Shown here in pieces: positions 49,814 through 57,115 of a stretch of 64,000 nt of DNA (positions are counted from its first letter, which is position 1; each line of letters begins with the position of its first letter). The translations under genes were made by a program, and so were the position numbers. The stretch covers positions 32,001 through 96,000 of the IMG/VR virus record IMGVR_UViG_3300017605_000140, one strand, 5' to 3'. The notes beneath the pieces are model-generated. The model had not been told where the DNA came from, searched no databases, and was given only the letters and a program-made list of their open reading frames with translations. Origin of the DNA: a virus.

Positions 49814-50160
49814 AAATCCAATACCTCTACTAGTAATTCTTGATCAGATGCCGAAATTTGCTTCTTTATCATATTACGCCGGATCTTAGCTTTCTCTTCC
49901 ACAGCTAAAAAGCTCTCAGTGTCCATGTGCCGACCTTGCAGAGCTTCCAACAAGGTTTGCTCCTCTGTACGGTTCGTAGCTCGCCAGAGACCCACTACAA
50001 AGCCATAGTGAGTGCCTGGCAGACGAACGATGAGTGAGTTGGACCATCTGTACGGTTCGTCAGGCTCATGTGACGGGAAACGGTGTACTATTGGCGATTT
50101 TTTCTGTAATCGGATGCTGTGCACGAATAAGGGTCCTATTGAATGTACCGAATAATACAT
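49810..50160 (-). CDS. hypothetical protein
   Basis: packed ORF. Confidence 0.6.
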   Translation of the reverse strand: MYYSVHSIGPLFVHSIRLQKKSPIVHRFPSHEPDEPYRWSNSLIVRLPGTHYGFVVGLWRATNRTEEQTLLEALQGRHMDTESFLAVEEKAKIRRNMIKKQISASDQELLVEVLDL

Positions 50161-50163
50161 ATC

Positions 50164-50628
50164 TTATGTTAATCCTCTCGAATACGGATGGTTGTTCAGT
50201 GTGGTATTTATGTATCTACCAGGAGAATTAGTTCTCTGGAACTTCCACCAAACTGATGGCGGTACTTTGTAGTAAGTATAATACTCACCATCCCTGAATT
50301 TTATTCTTAATGTCTGACTACGTTCATCATATCCCGCAGCTAATGTTCTAGGTCGTCCAGGATTAATAGTAGGTGTTGGCTGGTAAGGAAGTAACGGCTT
50401 GTCGTCTCCCTCTATAGCCATTTCAATTTCTTGGTAGACATGCAGGTCAGTCAGTCTGTCTGCCTGTGTCTTTGTAGCATTCAAATCTAATACTGAACTT
50501 GCGGGATTTGGTGCGGATTGAGGATTATCCGAACCTAGAAAAGTTCTATCCCATGCTGAACCGGCTCTACGCTGCGACCGTACAGGAGTTATAGGGGGAA
50601 CTCGGTTAACTGGTTTTCTTCTTACCAT
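50164..50628 (-). CDS. KTSC-domain protein
   Basis: GYD....TL.I.FRDG..Y.Y..VP..VW..F....SPGRY.N. Confidence 0.8.
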   Translation of the reverse strand: MVRRKPVNRVPPITPVRSQRRAGSAWDRTFLGSDNPQSAPNPASSVLDLNATKTQADRLTDLHVYQEIEMAIEGDDKPLLPYQPTPTINPGRPRTLAAGYDERSQTLRIKFRDGEYYTYYKVPPSVWWKFQRTNSPGRYINTTLNNHPYSRGLT

Positions 50629-50645
50629 ATTTTCTCCTAAAACAA

Positions 50646-50686
50646 AAATACCCTAACCATAGTTATCATACATGGTTAGGGTATTT
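50646..50686. terminator. rho-independent terminator
   Basis: AAATACCCTAACCAT / ATGGTTAGGGTATTT with T-runs on both sides. Confidence 0.7.
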
Positions 50687-50694
50687 ATTTTTAA

Positions 50695-51048
50695 TTATCG
50701 ACGTCTACGTGTAGCCTTAGGCGCTGTTACTGTTTCTGGAATTTCGGTCTCTTCAACAGTAGTTGCCTCAGGAATAAAACTTTGAAAAGACTGTACATGG
50801 CCGGTCTTTTCCAGTACTTCTTCTGGGGCATGCCCTGTTTCAGTACCTACAAATTGAGGCATTACACCTACTGCTGGTTCTACCCACAAACCATGCTGGT
50901 TACGGTATTGTTCAGGATTTATGCCAGAAGCTCTCTGTACTTCAGGATGAGGAAGCTGGTCTTCTGTAAAAGTCTGACCAGGAACTCCCTCATCATGTAC
51001 CCAACCATGTGTAGACTGAGCTGTCCAGCCTGTATTACCTTGTGTCAT
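50695..51048 (-). CDS. hypothetical protein
   Basis: AAGGA RBS; packed ORF. Confidence 0.65.
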   Translation of the reverse strand: MTQGNTGWTAQSTHGWVHDEGVPGQTFTEDQLPHPEVQRASGINPEQYRNQHGLWVEPAVGVMPQFVGTETGHAPEEVLEKTGHVQSFQSFIPEATTVEETEIPETVTAPKATRRRR

Positions 51049-51057
51049 ATTAGTCCT

Positions 51058-51315
51058 TTAATTATTAAGCACAGTCCAACCGGGCTCAAATTCATCATTA
51101 TCTATACCATTATAGCTATGCGGGCAGTCCATTCCTGGTTGAATATGTACCCCATCCACATAGGTACAAGTAGATACTATATAAGGTAACTCGTCCCCTA
51201 GTTGTCCTAGCTCGCTATTAGGTGCTGCTTGTCCACCATGGAAAGTCCAACTTTCTTCTGCCCATACAGAACCCGCGTCTTGTACAGGTCGGAAGAAAGA
51301 AACACCATCAGTCAT
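51058..51315 (-). CDS. hypothetical protein
   Basis: packed ORF. Confidence 0.55.
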   Translation of the reverse strand: MTDGVSFFRPVQDAGSVWAEESWTFHGGQAAPNSELGQLGDELPYIVSTCTYVDGVHIQPGMDCPHSYNGIDNDEFEPGWTVLNN

Positions 51316-51718
51316 TAATAAAACTCAAATCTGGAATAGTATAGCTTGGAGGCTTTAAAACTTTACCGTGCCCGTTACGGTGAACTGTTCCATCAGGCCA
51401 TACCTTGCCCATATTAGACTGATGCACCTTCTGAAAAACTTCCTCAAGAGGAATATTCAACTCATCTGCTGTACCGTATACAACATAAAGGAGATCTGCT
51501 AATTCCTTAGCCAGATGCTCTAGAGATTCTTCAACAGAATATGAAGTATAGCCAAAATGTGTTCGCTCTAGCCGCTGTAAAGCATCTTGAACTTCTTCGA
51601 ACTCTTCAGCTATAAACAGACTTCTTCTGTCAATTTTATCTTCCAGGCTGTCAGAACTCTGATTTGATGCAAAAGTGCTGTGAAATTCTTTAAGATTTTC
51701 CATAGGTGTATAGGTCAT
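51308..51718 (-). CDS. MazG-like NTP pyrophosphohydrolase (PRA-PH family)
   Basis: EFH..F, EEF.E, KELADLLYVVYG, VH.SNM.K....GKVLKP. Confidence 0.88.
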   Translation of the reverse strand: MTYTPMENLKEFHSTFASNQSSDSLEDKIDRRSLFIAEEFEEVQDALQRLERTHFGYTSYSVEESLEHLAKELADLLYVVYGTADELNIPLEEVFQKVHQSNMGKVWPDGTVHRNGHGKVLKPPSYTIPDLSFIND

Positions 51719-51803
51719 TCACTATCATCCTTCTTTTCTAGTTTACACCAACCAGTACCATCACAAGGACCTGGCCACTCTCCGCAGTCACAATCACTGG
51801 CCA

Positions 51804-52898
51804 TCAGTATTGAACTCCATCCACTGAAAAATAACCGTCTTGGACTGTAATAAGCCGAGGATATACTCTGTCACCATGAATCTCAAGAATACCGAATGCT
51901 TGCTGCCAATTAGCGGCTACACCCTTCTTCTTAAGATAATCTGCCTTAGTAAGGTCCATAAAATGACCTACTTCAAGACCTGTAACAGTATTCCGTATCT
52001 TACCATTGTATCCTGTGCTCTCGGAAGTCATACCTGCCCTGTGAGTGTGCCCGCACACGGTACTGACACCGAACTTACTCTTAGCCAGTCCGAACGCTGT
52101 ACGGCCTGCTACAGGGCTCAGAGCACCCTCATCTCCGTGTGCCATGACCCAACCAGGTGTAAGCTCCACAACTTCATCTCTGACGAACTCTACATCGAAT
52201 TCATCAAAACCTACAAGATTCTCAATTGATAGGGCTCTAAGCGATTCAAGTCCTGGTGCACATCCTTGAATGTACAACTCAAGTCGGTCATCATGATTAG
52301 ACCGGACCACACGGAATCGTCCCTCGAATACTTCTCTTATACGTTCCAGTATGCCTCGGGAGGTATCAAATCCTGCTTGGAGATCTCCAGCAAATTCCCC
52401 CTTCTTTCCCCGCACCCATCTAGATATTTCTGTAGAATCAGTGAAATCTCCGACTTGTGCGAGTTCATCAGGCTTGTAATCTCCCAAAAAATCTATAAAC
52501 TTATTTACCAGCGCAACGTCATGCAGAGGTGCCTGAACATCTGGCATTACGACAATTGTCCGTGCCTTCTTAGGTACAGCTTTATGAATACCCGCATTGT
52601 TAGCATATCTCGGTACTGTATGTACCATTCCGTGTACATCCGAATATTCAGGGGCGTGTATTTGCTTACTAAGAGTTCCGCTTTGCACAGACATTGGAAT
52701 TGTGGACAAAGTCCCCTCAGAAATAAATCCGTCTGCTCGCCAAGTACGAATCAGCTTCTCGGATACAGAGAAACCCTTTTCCTCTAGTGCATAACGTACC
52801 CAAGTTCTACCTCCGTTCCTGTCATTCAGCAGATCAAAAACACTCTGATCTACTTTAGCCAAATTTCTCAGTTCAACAATACTGCGTATATGCTGCAA
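51804..52898 (-). CDS. calcineurin-like metallophosphoesterase
   Basis: PDVQ, GDFTD, SNHD, HGD and GHTH motifs. Confidence 0.85.
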   Translation of the reverse strand: MQHIRSIVELRNLAKVDQSVFDLLNDRNGGRTWVRYALEEKGFSVSEKLIRTWRADGFISEGTLSTIPMSVQSGTLSKQIHAPEYSDVHGMVHTVPRYANNAGIHKAVPKKARTIVVMPDVQAPLHDVALVNKFIDFLGDYKPDELAQVGDFTDSTEISRWVRGKKGEFAGDLQAGFDTSRGILERIREVFEGRFRVVRSNHDDRLELYIQGCAPGLESLRALSIENLVGFDEFDVEFVRDEVVELTPGWVMAHGDEGALSPVAGRTAFGLAKSKFGVSTVCGHTHRAGMTSESTGYNGKIRNTVTGLEVGHFMDLTKADYLKKKGVAANWQQAFGILEIHGDRVYPRLITVQDGYFSVDGVQY

Positions 52899-52950
52899 TT
52901 GTCCTCCTCGTATAGGAATCTGTGTAGTGTAGACTTACGTAACGTAGCAC

Positions 52951-52979
52951 ATACTACACTACACAGAGAACTCTGTCTA
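52951..52979 (-). promoter_or_regulatory. putative promoter
   Basis: TAGACA-17 nt-TAGTAT, overlapping a 12-bp inverted repeat. Confidence 0.45.
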
Positions 52980-53402
52980 CCGGCTGTTAAATAGTAAATC
53001 TATTACCGCTATAGTTATAGGAATCATAACCATAGATACCAACCATCTGAACTGAGATTGTCTGGACTTCAGATAATCTTGATGTTCTTTTTTTCTATCT
53101 TCAATTTCTTTTGCTAATTCAAACTGATAACGATTTCGTTCCACTGTGATATCTGATCGCAAGGATTCAAATGAGTGTCGGAGGTCAGTTTTTAAACTTT
53201 CTATATCGTCATCCGCGTTGTCGATTTTCTCATTAACAGTACTAAAACGCATATCTGTGTAATGTTCGGTCTGTACAAGCAGTCTGTCCAAGCGGCTAGA
53301 AAAATCTACAAACCGTGTATCCACGTTTCTCTGTAAACCGTCTAGCTCTCTCTGAACTGCTCCCGACCAATCTGGGGTACTTGATTGTGATGTCATATAC
53401 AA
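52977..53402 (-). CDS. coiled-coil protein with C-terminal TM helix
   Basis: heptad pattern followed by WLVSMVMIPITIAVIDLL. Confidence 0.65.
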   Translation of the reverse strand: MYMTSQSSTPDWSGAVQRELDGLQRNVDTRFVDFSSRLDRLLVQTEHYTDMRFSTVNEKIDNADDDIESLKTDLRHSFESLRSDITVERNRYQFELAKEIEDRKKEHQDYLKSRQSQFRWLVSMVMIPITIAVIDLLFNSR

Positions 53403-53657
53403 CTCACTTGGGGCTAGATATTCAAAAAGGTATCATAGCCCTATACCACATATATCAATAATTTCTTCATATAAATAACTCAAATAGTCTAGATCTTCAG
53501 TGGTCTAGTGCTATTTAGATTATAAGGATAGCACTAGACTGGTAAGTAATATAACTACAGTCAGTTACTATTGAATATTAAATAGTATTTATAAACTCAC
53601 AGGCATCAATAATACCTATGCTATCAATAGTTTCCTTAATTCCAATGTATGTGGTAC

Positions 53658-53686
53658 AGTTTAGGACATGAAAAAGTCCTTGTCAA
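53658..53686 (-). promoter_or_regulatory. putative promoter overlapping the tRNA-operon terminator
   Basis: TTGACA-17 nt-TAAACT. Confidence 0.5.
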
Positions 53687-53722
53687 CTGACTGGCCTAAC
53701 GGCACGGCTATGACAAGGACTT
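53671..53722 (-). terminator. terminator of the tRNA/ncRNA operon
   Basis: AAGTCCTTGTCA / TGACAAGGACTT stem with U-tract directly after the last tRNA. Confidence 0.7.
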
Positions 53723-53725
53723 AAG

Positions 53726-53809
53726 TGCGCAGAGAAGGACTTGAACCCCCAGACTCCGAAGAGGACGGCTTTACAGGCCGCAACGCTACCAATTACGTGT
53801 TATCTACGC
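53726..53809 (-). tRNA. tRNA-Tyr(GTA)
   Basis: cloverleaf, loop ctGTAaa, long variable arm. Confidence 0.9.
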
Positions 53810-53907
53810 ATTGACTCCGGAGACCACTCTCCGCCTCCACCCTTATCGGGAGTGCGCAAGCATCCGGTGCATTCCCGAAAGGTGGATTTTTCTATCCGGG
53901 ACCTAAG

Positions 53908-53980
53908 GGTGAATGACGGGAATCGAACCCGCTAGTACTTGGACCACAACCAAGTGCCTGACCGTTTGGCTTCATCCACC
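53908..53980 (-). tRNA. tRNA-His(GTG)
   Basis: cloverleaf, loop ttGTGgt, G-1:C73. Confidence 0.9.
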
Positions 53981-53986
53981 ATGAAA

Positions 53987-54157
53987 CTACTTCTTAGCGT
54001 AATATCCCCAGCAGTTATTGGAATGGCTTTCCTCAAATTCAGAGATTCTTTCGCCTAACTTACTTTTATCCTTTAGTTTATATGTTTTTCTGTAACCGCA
54101 GGTGCATATAAACTTAATCTTGTTATCCCATATATCGTACACATATTTAGCATCCAT
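53987..54157 (-). CDS. small hypothetical protein (56 aa, not in ORF track)
   Basis: MDAKYVYDIWDNKIKFICTCGY...; AAGGAG RBS. Confidence 0.55.
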   Translation of the reverse strand: MDAKYVYDIWDNKIKFICTCGYRKTYKLKDKSKLGERISEFEESHSNNCWGYYAKK

Positions 54158-54172
54158 TTTTAACTCCTTAAG

Positions 54173-54246
54173 TCCGCCCGCCGAGATTTGAACTCGAAAT
54201 AACTCGTTATCAGCGAGTCGTGATTACCAGATTTCACTACAGGCGA
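54173..54246 (-). tRNA. tRNA-Ile(GAT)
   Basis: cloverleaf, loop ctGATaa. Confidence 0.88.
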
Positions 54247-54250
54247 TTAT

Positions 54251-54351
54251 TGGATAGCTGAATAATATTAGAGGAGTCGAACCTCAAACTCTATCCATAG
54301 TTCACCAGATAATAATCTGGTAGCTGATACCGTCAGCTTTAACATATTCAG
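54251..54351 (-). ncRNA. tRNA-mimic structured RNA
   Basis: about 12-bp closing stem, three hairpins, T-arm GAGG-TTCGACT-CCTC; 3' CTATCCA complements loop TGGATAG. Confidence 0.6.
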
Positions 54352-54355
54352 TACG

Positions 54356-54428
54356 TACGCCAAGTGGGATTTGAACCCACAACCGCCACCTTATAAGAGT
54401 GGAACTCTGACCGTTGAGTTATTGGCGC
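54356..54428 (-). tRNA. tRNA-Ile(TAT)
   Basis: cloverleaf, loop ctTATaa. Confidence 0.9.
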
Positions 54429-54433
54429 ATAAA

Positions 54434-54545
54434 TAGAGAAATAATATTGTGTCGGGATATATGTCCAGCCATGTTACTGAATCCCCACGCTGGTTGTCTA
54501 ATATACACAATCATACGCTGTCCTAGGAGCGTGCTGATTTCTCTA
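54434..54545 (-). ncRNA. unknown structured RNA
   Basis: TAGAGAAAT/ATTTCTCTA closing stem with internal helices. Confidence 0.5.
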
Positions 54546-54547
54546 AG

Positions 54548-54635
54548 CGGAAGCTAGGAGGGTCGAACTCCTACGGGCATTACCCCCAACGCTTTTCAAG
54601 AGCGCGGCCGTCGCCGTCTTTCGGCTGGAGCTTCC
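54548..54635 (-). tRNA. tRNA-Ser(TGA)
   Basis: loop ctTGAaa, long variable arm, G73. Confidence 0.88.
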
Positions 54636-54637
54636 AT

Positions 54638-54770
54638 AGCACTACGTTAGCGTTCTCCTGCGGCGTTCGTGCAACCGATCACTTCCTAGGCTGACAGGCT
54701 AACGTTTTTCCCTCACATTGCAAATCTGGTTGCACGTGGATGGAAGGCAGGCATGTGCTATGCCTGTGCT
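54638..54770 (-). ncRNA. unknown pseudoknotted RNA
   Basis: crossing 9-bp and 8-bp helices plus a 7-bp hairpin. Confidence 0.55.
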
Positions 54771-54771
54771 G

Positions 54772-54855
54772 CGGAAGATGGAAGAATTGAACTTCCTCGG
54801 GCTTTAAACCCTTACCTCATTAGCAGTGAGGCTGCTAGCCATTCGCTTATCTTCC
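54772..54855 (-). tRNA. tRNA-Ser(GCT)
   Basis: loop ctGCTaa, long variable arm, G73. Confidence 0.88.
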
Positions 54856-54859
54856 AAAG

Positions 54860-54936
54860 AGCACACTGGCGGAATCGAACCGCTAACCAACTGCTTTGCA
54901 GGCAGTCTCCGAACCACACAGATTAGGTCAATGTGC
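54860..54936 (-). tRNA. tRNA-Cys(GCA), atypical D arm
   Basis: loop ctGCAaa, U73. Confidence 0.8.
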
Positions 54937-54997
54937 AAGCGCCGGGCCTTTAACCGTTAGGCACGTAGGTACGGGGTATTTCCTACATCACCGGCCG

Positions 54998-55075
54998 TGG
55001 ATTTGTAGCGATTCGAACGCTAGTCCTGAGAAATTCCGCATGCGGTTTTAGTCTCAGTCGAAACCTTCCAAACCC
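54998..55075 (-). ncRNA. minimal tmRNA (tRNA-like domain only)
   Basis: GGGTTTG-GAAGGTTTCGAC-stemloop-GGAC-TAGCG-TTCGAAT-CGCTA-CAAATCC-A; G3.U70 pair, stemless D loop. Confidence 0.8.
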
Positions 55076-55165
55076 ATTTAATTTTAGTAAGGTGGTCTTG
55101 GACCACTGGGCGGTTTAGGATTATTAGGCCCTGGAAAGGGCTTCGGTGTTTTTGGTGTTGTCACG

Positions 55166-55237
55166 TACCCGCAGAGGGATTCGAACCCCCGACATTCGCC
55201 TTGTAAGGGCGGTGCTCTCCCGCTGAGCTATACGGGC
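55166..55237 (-). tRNA. tRNA-Val(TAC)
   Basis: cloverleaf, loop ctTACaa. Confidence 0.92.
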
Positions 55238-55259
55238 ATTGCCCCAAAGGGCTTTATAC

Positions 55260-55466
55260 TTACTTCTTACGGCCGAAGAAACCCTTCTTAGCCGGTTCTG
55301 GTGCTGGTGGAGTAGCAGGCTGAAGTTCACGACTACGATAAACTCCCACATCTCGCGGATCATCATTATCAGATACCGCAATACGGTCGGTAGATGTCTC
55401 TGTAGCTACTACAGTACCATCTTTACCCGTAACCGTCACTACTTGATCACCCTTACGCCATCCCAT
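55260..55466 (-). CDS. small KOW/SH3-like protein
   Basis: WRKGDQVVTVTGKDGTVV; AAGGAGG RBS. Confidence 0.65.
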   Translation of the reverse strand: MGWRKGDQVVTVTGKDGTVVATETSTDRIAVSDNDDPRDVGVYRSRELQPATPPAPEPAKKGFFGRKK

Positions 55467-55495
55467 AATATCCTCCTTAGTGATGTTATACAACG

Positions 55496-55568
55496 TACTC
55501 CCGGAGGGAATCGAACCCCCAACCTAGTGGGTAGAAGCCACTTGCACTGTCCGTTGTGCTACGAGAGC
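55496..55568 (-). tRNA. tRNA-Arg(TCT)
   Basis: cloverleaf, loop ctTCTac. Confidence 0.9.
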
Positions 55569-55690
55569 ATAATAGGATTTTGATCCGGAATCCTAAAACC
55601 GACTAGCTTATATGTACGTGCTAGAACGCACTCTATGTTTACCGTGTTTATATAGGGACAACCCTCACATAGAAGAACCCTATGTCCCTG

Positions 55691-55763
55691 TGCACCTAGA
55701 GAGACTCGAACTCCCAACTTTTTCGTCCGTAGCGAAACGCTCTGTCCATTGAGCTATAGGTGC
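55691..55763 (-). tRNA. tRNA-Arg(ACG)
   Basis: cloverleaf, loop ctACGga. Confidence 0.92.
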
Positions 55764-55771
55764 ATATTTAC

Positions 55772-56311
55772 TTAGACTGTCTGCTGAACCAACTTGCTTA
55801 ACTTCCGCTTGTGTCTGAAGCTTATCAGATACTCTGCCAGGCGTCCAGGGGTTACTAGGTAGGGAGGATACTCTGTCAGAGGTGATCCTACCTCGCTGTA
55901 GTCCAGTGCTACTAACTGTGAGCATATCAGATGATCAGAATCTTCTACGCGCTTTGCCACTCTAGGATATTTGATTCCTAAACGATATAGTGCTATCGCT
56001 AAATAATCAAGAAAACTATATGGGATACCTTCTTGAAGAATAGCTCTTGTTATGATGCTATTTCGTTGTATATGAGACAGATTAACTATCCCTGTAGACC
56101 ACAGTACAGGACGACCATCATACTTTGCAAGTTCGGATATGAGGGCACCACCCGGTTCAGCTTCAACTATTTTACCATTACCCACGTAAATAAAGGCATG
56201 TTCATAGTTAGTGAATCCGTCACCATTAAGCCACTGACCAAAGCGTATTAGCTTACCTACGCCGCCTTCTATAGAAACTAAACCGAAGTCTCCAGGCTCA
56301 GGTAAAACCAT
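55772..56311 (-). CDS. permuted papain-like NlpC/P60 hydrolase (YaeF/YiiX family)
   Basis: PGD, HAFIYVGNG.IVEA, G.PY, ICSQLV, VTP: His precedes Cys. Confidence 0.82.
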   Translation of the reverse strand: MVLPEPGDFGLVSIEGGVGKLIRFGQWLNGDGFTNYEHAFIYVGNGKIVEAEPGGALISELAKYDGRPVLWSTGIVNLSHIQRNSIITRAILQEGIPYSFLDYLAIALYRLGIKYPRVAKRVEDSDHLICSQLVALDYSEVGSPLTEYPPYLVTPGRLAEYLISFRHKRKLSKLVQQTV

Positions 56312-56332
56312 AATACTCTCCTATTATTAAAG

Positions 56333-56405
56333 TGATCCGACTCGGACTCGAACCGAGGACTCTGAGTTTAAAAGACTCGCACTCTACCAACTGAGTTACC
56401 GGATC
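56333..56405 (-). tRNA. tRNA-Lys(TTT)
   Basis: cloverleaf, loop ctTTTaa. Confidence 0.92.
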
Positions 56406-56467
56406 ATATACTGTCAGTGTTCTGAGGCTGACCTAATGCATTAAGGTAACTGACACAGCCTTCCGCG

Positions 56468-56540
56468 TGCTCCGTGTCCGACTTGAACGGACGACCTGCG
56501 CTTTAAGAGAGCGCTACTCTACCAACTGAGTTAACGGAGC
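56468..56540 (-). tRNA. tRNA-Lys(CTT)
   Basis: cloverleaf, loop ctCTTaa. Confidence 0.92.
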
Positions 56541-56675
56541 ATTAATAGATATGACCTGACCTACACCCGAGTTTCACGGTTAACAGGTAGTAATTGTAGC
56601 CTTTGCGCATCTAGGCTGCATAGCATATCTAAGTAGCACTTTCATCGCCTATAGCGAACCGGTATGCCAAACCCG

Positions 56676-56748
56676 TGGACCTAGGGGGATTCGAACCCCC
56701 AACCTTCTGCGTGCAAAGCAGTTGCTCTTCCATTGGAGCTACAGGCCC
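56676..56748 (-). tRNA. tRNA-Ala(TGC)
   Basis: cloverleaf, G3.U70, loop ttTGCac. Confidence 0.92.
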
Positions 56749-56877
56749 ATAAATCTGAAGGATTCCCCCAACTCCCCGAATTTCACGGATCTTAGCCGAC
56801 GTGCACCTTCAGATCTACAGCTTAGCAGATGTGGCGGTTTTTTCCTAGCAGGCGGTCCGCCAACCGCTGTTAATACT

Positions 56878-57114
56878 TTACCACGTGGTAGCGAATCTTG
56901 CAACTTCTTCTTCAGTCAGCTTACGTCCTACATGCCAACCTTCACAGAAGGCGCAAGGATAGCCTTCCATATCTCTGCTGTACTTTATACTTAATTTATC
57001 TGCTGATTTTTCCGCTGTAGCTTCTGACTTGTAGTCTACCTTATTACCACAAGTCGCATCAATGCCATAGTGGAGTCCCGCAGCTATGTGCATTGATATA
57101 GCTTCGGGTTCCAT
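56878..57114 (-). CDS. small zinc-binding protein
   Basis: C..K..Y.S...A...YPC..C.GWH; directly downstream of Ro60. Confidence 0.7.
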   Translation of the reverse strand: MEPEAISMHIAAGLHYGIDATCGNKVDYKSEATAEKSADKLSIKYSRDMEGYPCAFCEGWHVGRKLTEEEVARFATTW

Positions 57115-57115
57115 A

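Noticed and set aside
51738-51804. 21-codon Cys-rich micro-ORF (MASDCDCGEWPGPCDGTGCVN)
   Set aside because: Start-stop overlap makes it plausible, but it is too short to support without conservation data.
55124-55381. 85-aa ORF as a normal gene (also 55680..55925, 62088..62282, 62815..63048)
   Set aside because: These run through tRNA genes. Only the last 12 codons of 55124..55381 are kept as a tag-like candidate.
55496-55568. Amber suppressor tRNA (CTA) or genome recoding
   Set aside because: The 5-bp stem centres TCT (Arg), and genes translate intact with the standard code, including TAG stops.
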